The notes under the pieces are model-generated. The model was not told the DNA's origin. It worked only from the letters and a program-made list of their open reading frames with translations, and did no database searches. From Chiloscyllium plagiosum (Eukaryota), in contig NC_057720.1 in NCBI RefSeq assembly GCF_004010195.1, forward strand, positions 36,762,334 to 36,826,333: a stretch of 64,000 nt of DNA, given 5' to 3'. The position numbers were made by a program, and so were the translations under genes. Below, in pieces: positions 51,311 through 63,513 of the stretch (positions within the stretch are counted from its first letter, which is position 1; every line of letters begins with the position of its first letter).

Positions 51311-54300
51311 TCTGATCAAAGTGTAGTTTTGAAATGACCTTATAGTACTTTAGTTTGGAATTTTAAGTTATGCATGAACCATGTAGATCACAGCTTTTGA
51401 ACCGAGGCACGAGTTTATTCTTTGTTTGGTACTTTTCCATTTCATTGTGACATTTCCATATGAGTGTTGCTCAATATATGGATATTAGTATTTCATATGT
51501 GCACTCAATGTTTTGTAACCCTATACCCGACAATGCAGGAATTTAGTGTGGAAAACCTAATATCAGTATGTTTGAATACCAAATATGCTGTGCAACTGAA
51601 GCACAAGTCTGCACGTTTTTTAAATACAGGCTTATGGAGGGAGTGTGCAGAGGTACAAGGAGGATACAAATCTGTAGCCTGCTTTGTAATGCTGGGTTGT
51701 GTAATTCATCTGCAGTTACCTACAGTTTTGAAGAACTTGCTACACGATGCTGCATATAAATTATAAAAAGGCTTATATATAAAATACATAAAAATGTACC
51801 GACCCGAAGTGAATATCTGACTTTTGCAACCTATGCTTGGGAAAAGCAATTATTTTTGTTGAAATAGAATGCATCAAGTGGACTAAGCACTCTGATCTGT
51901 GTAGAAGTTCCAGCTAAGTAATGTGTCCACTATAAGTGGAGAAGCAACAGGTTATTCAACTTTAAATCCATTTGTACCATACCAGTAATTTACAGAAATG
52001 ATACATTTGGATCAGTTTAATTTTTCAGGAACCATTTATTATATGTTTGAATGGGAATTGCTTTGTGATTCAGCTGCTGATCAGATGCAATATGAACAGG
52101 AGTTTGCTTATTTTCATGCAGGAGTATTCCTTTGTTTCGATTAGTCCTAAGATTTGAGCTGCCTGTCTAAGTAATAGTGATGAGCTCACAAATTGATTTC
52201 CTGCACCTAGTGGAATTTTTCCCAAAAGGTACATTATTGTGCACTATGTATTACTAATTAAAACAGTTTGGCAAGATGGAAGTGTATAATTTTGGTAATA
52301 AATTTCAATGTACTGATTGCTAGGCTTTAAACTTTAGTATATTTGGGAGAAACCAAAGCATTTTGCTGTGACTCATTTTCTGAATTAATTTCCAAATTAA
52401 AACTAAATTGCCATTTTTGTCCATTATAGAACACCTGTTTAGATGAAACAATTCAATAATTGCTAAACTCATTGTTTAAATTTAATCACGAGATTAGGTT
52501 TGATTTGCTTCCCATCTATTTTACCTATTCCAGGTTCAAACAGCCATTTAATATACAGAAAACTACGGTTTTAAAATTGAGAATATTAAATCGTTCCACA
52601 AAATAGGTCACGACAATACTACTACATTGCAAGAGATATATAGCCCCAGATTGTGGTGCATACCTTAGCTCAAATTAACACAGGTGATTTTTTCCAATTG
52701 TTCAGAGTGCAGGAAAGCTTTTAATGAATAACTAGCTTTCCATTCTAATTATTACAATCCTGGTTTATAATACCTCAATGTCTCTGGTATTTTTAGTTTT
52801 CCTGTACACAACGTGTAGCAACAAATAGTCTTAACTGCTTTTGCTGATCATGACATATTATTGATGTTTGATTTGAGCAGATACTGTGTTTGAATTACTA
52901 TGTGAAGTGTGCCGTTTCAACCATGGAACCTGCTATAGTAATCATAATGCATTTTTAAAGTAAGTACCTTGGAAACATTAGAATTATTGGATTTTGTTTT
53001 GCTTGCAACTCTCCATCCACCAGCAAATTTAACATTTTTGTCATGATATTGTCAAAAGTGAGACCACTCTGAAGCTTACTGCCCGCATGAAAGAAAAACT
53101 TTTCTAATGCTTTCAGTTGTACAGCTTGGGAAACTATTTTGAGAGTTCAGGTTTTGAAAAACTTTTAGTCACAATAGTTCAGAATGGTAATTTTTATTTC
53201 AGGTATTTTTGCCTGCTTGAGATTTAGAAGAATTCTTTATTTTTGTAATAATTATGGAAAAATCCCTGTGAATTTTAATACTGCAGTTGACTGGTAAATA
53301 CTTTTTACTATTGCATACTATCTATCAGGTTTAGCTGAATAGATAGCTGAAATTGTCATCTGCCAGTTACTCATTACGTCAAGAACTGCAATCATGCTAT
53401 AGAAAAAGATTGATACCTGTGTTCTTCGTCACAAATATTCTGATATCCAACAAGAAATCTATTGCCTTGCCATTTTCACTTCTACTATCCCCAAATAATT
53501 GGAATACTATCAGAAAATATGTATAATACAAATAATAATGCCCAGTACATGAAGTGTTATCGTAACTGCTAAATCAGAGCTTTTTCATTCTTCTTAAATA
53601 TCAGCAACTTAAATTTGAGATTTCTGATCATTTAATTGAAAGTTTTACAGTAAATTATATTTTTCCTGGAAGCACCCTTTGCTTTGCTTTCCTCCCCCTC
53701 TCTGGAAATATTGAATGTTGACAAATGAATCAGAGGCCAATTTGCAGTTTTTCCTGCAACCAGTTTGCCTTGAAATAACACAAAAACGGAAGTGCTGTTT
53801 CAAGTAGAAAGTCATCTTTCCTTTTTAAGAGGAAAGGAACAGTTATTGTAAGGGAACATCTTTTCAGGAATATAACCCCATGTTACTGAACAAGGTGGGC
53901 ATAATATGCGGTCGTATACTTTGAGAAAGGTTGATTGCAATTTTTTTTTATAGTTATAACTAATGCTAAGGCTATGTGCTACAACAGAAACTTTACAAAA
54001 TGTTAAAGTCTCCAGTCTAAAAGGGCATTGGTAATGGCAGAATGTAGCATGTTCTGTCTAGATATACTTAATCGGTTCTTGTATCACTTGCATTCAGAAA
54101 AAGAACGAAGATATAGGGGAACATTGATATAATTTTGAATTGTGGCTCAGTACTTTCAAATACAACAAAATAATTTCCTAATTTGTTATAAACTTGAACA
54201 ATTAAACTGTAAAAATTCCTTTGCCAGTTTGCAGTTACAACACTTGTATCAACTAGATCATTTGCACTTGTAATAAGAAGCCTTTCTTGTCACTACATTT

Positions 54301-55364
54301 CTATGCAAAAATGTTTTTCTCTTTGCAACAGGATGAAAATGATGATGATTGTAGATCTATTTTCTTATTTATGAAGGGGTTTTTGCTAAATGTCTTAATA
54401 TTCAGATCTCTAATTAAAGCTATAATTTAAGAACAATCTTGTAGCAAGTTTGTTTTGTGACTTATATTGAGTAAGCAACTGCATTGCTCTCCTTTTGGAT
54501 ATGGGCATATATCACAAAACCATTCACTCTAGAATGGTCAAGCAACCACAAGACATTGCTGTAGAAAATCTGATATACCTTTAGTCTTTGCTGTAAATAT
54601 TAACCCATATTTTGCAGTACTGACTACATTAAAACTAAGCTTTCTGAAACTGACAATCTTTCGAGAGTCTCACCACAAGCAGTGTGATGCCTAAATCCAG
54701 AATTGTGTTAAAACACTACCAGACTTCAATTATAGAAAATTGAATTAAATGGTACTAAAAACACAATGCAACGACACGCAACCTTCAATGCTGAGGAAAA
54801 GAATCTTAAGCTTGCTACCTACATAATTATTACTATACACACTTAGTTGTCCTTAAGATCTGATTTTACATTCAATTCATTGAAGTTCAGTAAGAATTAA
54901 AGTAGTTTAATACTTTGAGTTAAATTGATGCTAATCACAGAATAAAAATTAATGCTATTAACTTGCTTGATTGTGTGCAAACTTCAATGTTGCTATTACT
55001 GTTGCTGAATGCTAAAGAGGGATCCCCTTGACTTACACTTGCTTTACATTGTCAATGGAAAAGAGAAAACTGCATCATAGTTGGCATTAAGCAGCTTTGC
55101 TTGGCCATGTAAGCACAATCCAGCCCAAAACATGCCATTGTCCAGCACTAGCCTGATAATTTTTTTTTGTTGCAAATTATGATTGAACGTAATATGAACA
55201 GAACATCTTTGATCCTGTTGTTTATGCTGAATTACAAGGTATCAAATGAAGTTGGTCAATCCTGATTTCAAATCCCTGCTCAAGTAAAGGTATGCAGCAT
55301 ATTAATATAACCATCTTCAGCCAGTTTGATATTGGCAAATAACACTTTTATGCTGTCAAAATAC

Positions 55365-55408
55365 AATAAAGGATTGACATTTCTGCAATAGAAAAACTGA
55401 ATTTTAAT
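55365..55408. terminator. Candidate convergent poly(A) signals: AATAAA (+, 55365-55370) and ATTAAA (-, 55403-55408)
   Basis: The hexamers face each other 32 nt apart, about 140 nt past the TOE1 stop codon. Usage is inferred, not shown. Confidence 0.45.
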
Positions 55409-55549
55409 TGTATTCCTCTCCAGAAAAAATCTATTTTACTACATTTTCTGAACACATTTAACAAGGAATCGAAAGTGTACAATCCAAGTTAATTCCCTGA
55501 ACTCTCATTACTGCAGCCAGTTTTTTTAAAAAAAAAAATGGTTCCAACC

Positions 55550-56236
55550 TCACTGTTTTCCCCAAAGCAATTCAATCTTAGCCTGGTGAACTTTTGAAGA
55601 TTTTGAGAATGAACTTTTACAAATCTGTAAGGGAAGGGTCTTCCCACTCAGGTAAAGTTTATTGTGACAGTCAGGGAGCCATGGGTCCATCTTTGTGCTA
55701 CTACTTTCACCATTCTTCCACATCAAAATGTAAGCCATTATGAATCCAGTCATGAAAGCATCAAATCCTGCACGGTGGGTGCCCCCTTCACATTTTTCAA
55801 TTTTGCTTTTCTCCACTAATTTGGTTCCTGTACACTCTTGACCTTCTGGGTGGTTTTCCTTTTTATTGTTGCTTAAAATTTTCTCCTCTGTGTCCATTAC
55901 ACCACAGGGATTATCTTTACTTTCCTCCTCAAAGGTGGTTTTTGGGAGTTGTGTATCACTTGCAGACTTTTCCTGCATTAATTCTCCAATGATCTCTCTC
56001 TTTTGTTCCATACTTGCGTTATCACACAATAACTTAGATGGTGGTATGTCGGTAGGAGTCACGTTATCTGCAAACATGCAGTTAGTAGGGTTGTCAGTCA
56101 ATTCCGCTGTATTCTGTTTCCGTTTTCTCCTGACCTTTTTCTTCTTTTTGTCATTGTTGCGTTCATCTTCTTCAATAATGAGGTCAGTATTATGTGACAG
56201 GGAGCATTTCATTCCATTTGGACACCAGCCATAAGC
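55550..56236 (-). CDS. TOE1: TOE1 last coding exon (end of CCCH zinc finger, basic NLS, C-terminal deadenylase segment)
   Basis: ttcag|GCTTATGGC; AYGWCPNGMKCSLSHNTDLII...KKKKKVRRKRK...HRAGFDAFMTGFIMAY...NKLYLSGKTLPLQICKSSFSKSS; stop TGA at 55550-55552. Confidence 0.95.
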   Translation of the reverse strand, partial: AYGWCPNGMKCSLSHNTDLIIEEDERNNDKKKKKVRRKRKQNTAELTDNPTNCMFADNVTPTDIPPSKLLCDNASMEQKREIIGELMQEKSASDTQLPKTTFEEESKDNPCGVMDTEEKILSNNKKENHPEGQECTGTKLVEKSKIEKCEGGTHRAGFDAFMTGFIMAYILMWKNGESSSTKMDPWLPDCHNKLYLSGKTLPLQICKSSFSKSSKVHQAKIELLWGKQ

Positions 56237-56486
56237 CTGAAGAGATATACAAATAAATTATCAAGGAACACATTTCCCATTATCACTATTAAATTGGGTA
56301 GATCAGGGGCTTTATCATGCCCATCAAAAAAAACCCACAAAAAAAAATGAGACAATCATAGGCTTCTGTGTGCCTTTGAAAAATGTTCATCTATCTGGTT
56401 TTGGATGCAAATCAAATGTCTACCTGAAAATGTAAGGGAGTATTACTGACACTTGTTTCTTAAAATTTGATTCTAGTTATACTCAC

Positions 56487-56649
56487 GGAAAATCGTTCAC
56501 ATATTCCCTCTTCTGTAACCTTTTTGTCAGCCTCTGGAAGGTTGCAGCACCGGTAGTCAATATAATCTGTGAATGCCTGTTGATAGTTACAGAACTCAAT
56601 GGAAAGATGACTGTTGCTAGCATCAATTAATCTGTTGTTTTCCCTTCTG
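56487..56649 (-). CDS. TOE1: TOE1 coding exon (exon 7 equivalent)
   Basis: ttgcag|C AGA AGG...TTTTCC|gtgagt; (C)RRENNRLIDASNSHLSIEFCNYQQAFTDYIDYRCCNLPEADKKVTEEGICERFS; 163 nt. Confidence 0.93.
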
Positions 56650-57049
56650 CTGCAATTTGGAACAATGCACCATTAGTACAGTCAGAATATAAAAGGGAAT
56701 TTCAACAATGCTTTGCAGGATTACAAGAGCTGAGTATGTTTTGAACCATGGAGGTTTTCCAAGAATTTTGTAAAACACTGAATTCCCTCCAATGATATTC
56801 AGGAGAGACATTACTTGCACTTTTTAAATTTTAATTCAAATTGAGTTTTTTTATACAACATTGTTGTAAAATAGATAGTTAAGAAAAGAGTCTCTTGTTA
56901 ACGTTTTGAAAAGGGTTTTACTATTTTTGTATTGTGCAAGGTTGGAGCTGTATGTTGAAGAGTAAGCCACTAACATTCGCTGTCTGCATCAACCAAGTAT
57001 CAAGTAAAGTTTCAGACATTCCTTTAAATGAGTTCTGGTTGTACGCCCA

Positions 57050-57260
57050 GGCGAACAACAGCGTCAGAAGGTTGAAGGTTGTCCCATTCCAAAGACTTGT
57101 GCACATGATTCTGGCTTACATGTCAGCATAATATTGAGGAGTACTACCTTTTTGTTAAGACCATGTATGTTCTCAAACATGGACAGAAGATGCCACAACA
57201 TTTAAAACTGTTCTAAGTCCTGGCCAATTTTTTTTCATTAAAAATGTTACAAAATTTCCA
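57050..57260 (+). mobile_element. Degraded SacSINE1/DeuSINE-like SINE
   Basis: gtcagaaggttg...ccattccaaagacttgtgcacatgattctggct...gtcctggccaat; related to 50900-51310. Confidence 0.5.
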
Positions 57261-57447
57261 TTGATTTGAAATAAATGTAAAGAAATTCACAGCATATTGA
57301 ATATCTGAAGCATAAGGTAATTTAAAACTTTAACCTATAAAATGTAATATCATCAATTGAATTTAAAAAAATTAACTCATTACACTTTTAAAATCACCAC
57401 CTTGGTCCCTTAAATTCAAAGGAAAGTGATTAACATACACTATTTAC

Positions 57448-57707
57448 CATTTTTTGTAGGCATATTCCAAGTATGATGATACAAAGCGAGTCTCAACTTC
57501 CGAAGTATATTTGGTATCATAAACCCCAGCTGGAAACATCTCCGATACATCAGCTGTGAAGGTCATGAGTTGGTCTGGCAAGTTGGCATAAAAACACTGG
57601 TACAGGAATGTCAGGTCAATCAGCCCATTGTGAAGAATTAAAGGCTTTTTTGACTGGATGATTTCTAGGAACAGACCCCTCATATTCTGACCACGACATT
57701 CGTTAGG
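57448..57707 (-). CDS. TOE1: TOE1 coding exon (exon 6 equivalent; CAF1/DEDD nuclease domain)
   Basis: tgacag|CCTAAC...AAAAAATG|gtaaat; [44 protein letters not shown]...DTKY...YLEYAYKK; 260 nt. Confidence 0.95.
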
Positions 57708-58279
57708 CTGTCAAAATCCAAAACCGGATGTGTTAAAAGTGGAAGCAATTGGGCACTGAGTTAAGTTAGGACTTTCAAATCTTAATTCCTGCTGTTGAAA
57801 TGAAAAACTTCCCTGGGTAAACTAAGTTTGAGCAGTATCCATCACCATTAAAGTGGTTTAACCTGCCACTAGCTTGGCAAATTCTAGAGTAAAATAAATT
57901 GTTCAAGTAGTGAGAAAGTATTCCTTTCAATTACAATGGTATAGCTGATCAGGCAAGGCTTCATGTTGCAAATGAGCAACTGGGTACAGGCAACAAATAA
58001 ATGCTGGCTTAGCTAAGTGACACATGTATTCTGTGAATGATATTTTTTAAAACTGGGAGCCTTAATTAGCAAATATTCTTTGCTACTGTGCACTACATTC
58101 TAACATGAGATGATAACATTGAATTGAGCTATATTATGCTACTGAATATCATACCTTATGCACCAATAAAATAATTGTACACAATCTGCAAAATCAAGAT
58201 GTTCAAGTACATAATTCTAATTGAAAGAGCATGAAGAAATTGAGCATAAAATGTAATGTTAAGAAATTAAGTCTGTTAC

Positions 58280-58438
58280 CTTGTCATTTCCTTTGTGGTA
58301 TGGAATCCCTTTAGAGTACTGTTTATTGAAGTCAAAGCCATGCTGGACCAAGAACTGAACAGACTGTGGTTCAATTATATATTCATCCATGCAGAGGAGG
58401 GTAAGGTTGTACACTTGACTCAAGTAGGTACTACCTGG
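58280..58438 (-). CDS. TOE1: TOE1 coding exon (exon 5 equivalent)
   Basis: tttcag|CCAGGT...GACAAG|gtaaca; [53 protein letters not shown]; 159 nt. Confidence 0.95.
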
Positions 58439-59431
58439 CTGAAATATTTACAATTGTGATCCAACCAACATGCAAAATAAGAGTCTATATCTAGTAAAAA
58501 TCATTGGGTCAAAACTTTGTTTCAAAACATTAAAATGACCTAGTTCATACTGTCTTACTAGGATAATGCATTAAAGAAATATTGACCTTAATCTAATATA
58601 TGCGTTACACCTGCAGGAAACAATGATAGTGATTTCTAGTGTTGAATGTCACAATAGCTGCTCTGAAGAGCAGTAATTACACATACTGAGAGTGAATATC
58701 AGCTGCTACTCGCTCTGTCCATCAAGTATCTCTCGTGCCAGCCTTAACCTTTTTTGCACTCCAGCAGCCGCATTATATAGGGAAGCAAAAAAAAAACTAA
58801 ATAGCGTGAACTGCTCACCGCTCTGCACTTCAAATACAAATTCTCCCCATAATTAAGTTACTTTTTCTGTACAGCATGATTTGCAGTAAGAGACATACCT
58901 ATTGCTTAGTAACCAGGGGCTTCAAAACATTCTCACAAGCATTCCTGAGAAGCCAGGTATTATGGCTCTATCCCCAACACCTAAATTTTCTTCACCTTTT
59001 CCTCCAATAAATATTCATTTACCTGCTCATGATCACAGTTAGCTGACCTTGATATGGTGTTTAGGTTATTTTGTACGAATGATATTCAAAGCTGAATCCT
59101 AACCAGCTCCAGATTCCATGGGAAACAAAATGGATATAAACTTTATTACCAGGCTGGAATAAGGATCTAGATATAGGTGCAGGAAACCATTTTCCCCAGT
59201 CCTATGAAGGAGATACAGAGGTGGGAAGGTAAGAGACATCACTGCCACTTATAAAGCTGGGCACAAAAATGCCCAACTACCCTTTGCCCTCTTATTCTGT
59301 TGCCCTTTACACTCACTAGATTGGAATATAGCTATATCTTATGCTCAGGTACACCATTACCTTGACCAAGAACCTTTTAATTTTACTGGGTGATACAAGT
59401 TCCCCAATCAAAAATGAGGGCCTGGGGAAGA

Positions 59432-59766
59432 GTTATAGAATCTCTACAGTGCAGAAAGAGACCATTTGGCCCAACAAGTCTGCACTGAAATCTGCAAAGT
59501 GCACCCAATACCATCTCGTAACCCCTGCACTTGCCATAGCCAATCCACCTAGTCTGGACATCTCTTGATACTACAGATCGATGTGGCAAGGCTAAACCAC
59601 CTAACCTGCATGTTTGGACCATGGGAGGAAACCAAAGCAGTCAGCTGAAATCCGTACAGACATGGGGAGAACATGCAAACGCCACACAGTAACCTGTGAA
59701 ATTGTACCCAGGTCCCAAGTGCTGTGAGACAGCAGTGCTGACAGCAGTGCTAACCACTGTGCCACC
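59432..59766 (-). mobile_element. HE1-like SINE
   Basis: Same head, V-domain and tail organisation as 1411-1721. Confidence 0.8.
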
Positions 59767-60389
59767 CTTTTGTTTTTAAAATCCTCAGTTCTTGCGCCTT
59801 TTCCCAGTCTCTAATCTGTTTGTTATAACACGATTCCTAGCTCTGGTGCAAAGTTGTGGATATTTCAACATTTTTCCTCATTGTTACATGATTTCAAAGT
59901 GAAACTCTTTATCTCGTTAAACTGCCGAGGGCTGGAAATGCTGTAGGGTGCCAGGAGAAGGTTTAGCAGATCACTGAGATTAAGTATATGTAGAATGTAA
60001 TGTGAAATGATTTTATTATTGCTTCACTAACAATGTAGATTCCCACTCCAACAACTTGTTCCCTCTCTCTCCGTTCTTCTGTCCTCTTCTAATCTGATTT
60101 TCTAACACTTGATCTTGACATTTTGTTTCCTCAACTTCGTGTAATCCTAGGGAATTACTAGTATAATTCTAAAGGACTGATTCACAGCTTTTATACATTT
60201 ACAGGGAATGGAATTGATTCAATCCAAACTAGAAAGCTTTCAATCTTAGCAATGTTATTGGAGGAACTACAGAGAAACATTTGAACAATGCCAAAGGGAA
60301 AAACAATTCTAAATACGTGAGATTATCTCCTATTAGTCAATTTGGTTCAAATGTGGGCAGAAGAGCAGAACTCCAGACATGAGACCACA

Positions 60390-61570
60390 GCTAAAGTCAA
60401 TAAGAATTACAGGAAAACTCTCAACTGATTGGAGTTGTGCTTGGTACAGAGGAAGGTGTTTGTGGTTGTTGAATATCAATCATTTCAGCTCCAGGACACT
60501 TCTGCAGGAGTGGGTAATGTCAGAGGCCCAACCATCTTCAGTAGCTTCATGAACAATCTTCCCTCCATCATAAGGTCACCAGTAAGGATGTTTATTCATG
60601 TCTACACAATGTTCATCATCATTCATGACTCCTCAGATATGAAACCATCCATATCCAAATGCATCAAGACCTGGAAAATATTCAGGCTTCGGCTGATAAG
60701 TGGCAAGTAACATTTGCACCACATAAGTACCAGGCAATGACCATCTCCAACTAGAGAGAGTCTAACCATTGCCCTTTGGAATTTCATAGCACTACCATTG
60801 CTAGATCTGCCATTATCAACATCTTTGGTGTTAAAATGGACCAGAAACTAAATAGGACTAGCTATTTGAATACTGATGAAAGCAGGTCAGAGGTACGCAT
60901 TCTGCAGCAAGAACTTCACATCCTGACTTCCTAAAGTCTGCCAATAAGCCATAAGTCAGGAGGGTGATCTGATATTCCCCACTTTCCCAGATGTGTGAGG
61001 CTCCAACCACACTTGGCACCATCCCGGACAAAGCCGTCCACTTGATTGGCGCCACATCCACACTCATTCACTCCCTTCACCATCAGCACAAAGTAGCTGC
61101 AGTACGTACCATCTACAAAGTTACAACTCACCAAAGCTCCTTAGTCTGCAGCTTCCAAACCTCCAATCACTACCATCGAGAAGAAGAACAGCAGATACAT
61201 GGGAACCCTACCAGCTGCAGGTGCCCCTCCAAACCATTCACTAAGCTGACTTGGAAAATATTTGTAGTATCTATAAAAGGACAAAATGTAGTTCTGTAGA
61301 AGTCATACTTGACTGATGTTATTTCTGTTTTCTCCCTCCATAGATACTGCCAGCCCTGCTACATTTCTCCAGCATTCTCAATGTTTGTTTTGAAAATATA
61401 TCGCTGTTCATTCAGTGTCTCAGAGACAAAATCCTGGAGCACTAGCCCGAAGAGCATATTGGGTGTAGCTACACTAAATTGACTTCAGTGGTTCAAGATG
61501 GCAGCTCAATACCATTTTCTCCAGAGCAATAAATGCTGGCTTTGCTAGTGGAGCCCACGTCCTATGATGT
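60390..61570 (+). mobile_element. L2/CR1-clade LINE 3' fragment with an insertion at 61262-61391
   Basis: RT remnants (GPTIFSSFMNNLPSIIRS, DKAVHLIG...HSLHHQHKVAAV..IYK) and tail gcaataaatgctggc. Confidence 0.75.
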
Positions 61571-61797
61571 AGAAAGACCAAAACAAAATCTAGCAGCCAG
61601 ATGGCGATAAGCATCTAAATGCATAGGGGATCTGAAAATATTAAAAGGACAAAATGTAGTTCTCTACATGGATTACACCAGAAGAGGGTCAAATGCTTCT
61701 TTAGTGAGATGAATAAATAAACTAATAAATGTTGCTTCAGAGGAGTTTTCCAAAAAAAGACAACAGATAAACCAAACTTCTTCAGAAAGTCTCTTAC

Positions 61798-61894
61798 TTT
61801 GTGTGATAGCTCTTTGAAACTTGCTATCCCGAGAGATAGAACTGAACGAGTTCTGGCAGCGTTGCATATTGCTTTGTATCGGTCTTCAATTGAC
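61798..61894 (-). CDS. TOE1: TOE1 coding exon (exon 4 equivalent); upstream exons not found in the window
   Basis: taacag|G TCA ATT...CACAAA|gtaaga; [32 protein letters not shown]; 97 nt. Confidence 0.93.
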
Positions 61895-62686
61895 CTGTTA
61901 CACATCGAAGAAAGCAAGCATTATTCAATTTCCCATTAGAAACAGATACTTCATATTTGACAGCCACAGAATGAAAAAAGTTAATGTATTGCTGGTGATT
62001 TCTTTTTTCAATTTTAACAAATCATTTTACTCAGTCAACAGCTCAGCAGAAAAACTGGACAAAAGAAGTTCAGTAAGTGTAGATGCCTGCTTACTTTTAC
62101 TGATAACAAGGCCCTGAATAGGGGGGGGGGGGTGTGTACATCAGGGTCTGAAACACTAGAGGTTTCCACTTGCTTGCATGCGGGGGGGGGGGGGGACACA
62201 ATCCTCAGTCGGGGTTACAGCAAGGGCGCACGCCTGGAGCAATACCAGAGCAAGTGATTTCTGTCCTGCCCCTGAATGACCACATCAGCAATTTGTTATT
62301 AGTTGTTAGTTGTTTTTGACCTCACTACTACATTTCTGACAGCTAACTGAAAGAATGCACAAGTTAATCTTTATTATGTTTAAAATTTATTCACAAACTG
62401 AATCATTACAAATGTACAGCTCCTAAATCTTTAACCTATCAGCAAATACACATCAATACACTAGTTTTATGAACAGGTTTGCTGACACAAATCTCACGAA
62501 GGCAATCAGACTCTCCAGCTAGCACTTATCTTTTAGCTACCACAGACGGCAATTTCCTGTCATGGTGGTGTAGGCCCAAGGTCTGCCAGCCACCATTTTC
62601 ATGTAGGATCCAGAACGTCAGATACTAAGCACCATTTGTTTCTTTCCCCAGAGAAGGAGAGGATGTATTTGACATGTTGGCTGATG

Positions 62687-63513
62687 AATGTAAGTTTGCT
62701 TGCTCAGCTGGAAGGTACATTTTCAGATGTTTCTAGGTAACATCATCAGTGAGCCTCCCGTGAAGTGCTGGTGTTATGACCTATTTTCTATTTATGTGTT
62801 TAGGTTTCCTTGGGTTGGTGATGTCATTTCCTGTTCTATCAGAGGACGATAAGGGGTGTCCAAGTCGATGTTTTTGTTGATAAAGTTCCACTTGGAATGC
62901 CATGTTTCTCGGAATTCTCGGGTGTGTCTCTGTTTGGCTTGTCCTAGGATGGATGTGTTATCCCAGTCGAAGTGGTCTCCTTCCTCATCTGTATGTAAGG
63001 ATACTAGTGAGAGAGGGCCATGTCTTTTTGTGGCTAGTTGATGTTCACATATCCTGGTGGCTAGTTTTTTGCCTGTTTGTCCAATGTAGTGTTTGTTACA
63101 GTTCTTGCAAGGTATTGGATCATCAACTAGCCACAAAAGTACTTGACCCACTATCACTAGTATCCTTACATATAGATGAGGAAGGACACCACCTTGACTG
63201 GGACAACACATCCATCCGAGGACAAGGCAAACAGAGAAAAGCACAAGAATTCCGAGAAGCATGGCATTCCAACCAGAACTCTATGAACACATCGACTTGG
63301 ACCCCATTTACCATCCTCTGAGAAAAAGAACAGGAAATGACATCACCAACCCAAGGAAACCTAAACACATTAATAGAAAGCAGATCATAACCTCTGGTGA
63401 AGCAGTGATGTTACCTAGAAGAAAACATCTGAAAATGAACCTTCCAATTCAGCAAACAAACTTTTATCCCAAATCTCAACCTAAGCTACAAATCTTCTCA
63501 AAACTCACTAATG
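62687..63513. mobile_element. Penelope-like element 3' region with GIY-YIG endonuclease remnant, arranged as an inverted duplication
   Basis: Minus: IPCKNCNKHYIGQTGKKLATRICEHQLATKRHGPLSLVSLHTDEEGDHFDWDNTSILGQAK. The + strand mirror copy starts at ~63118. TSD GTTGGCT(G/A)ATG at 62676-62686 and 63514-63524. Confidence 0.88.

Noticed and set aside
55866..56234. 122-aa hydrophobic + strand ORF
   Set aside because: Antisense shadow of the K/E-rich TOE1 last exon.
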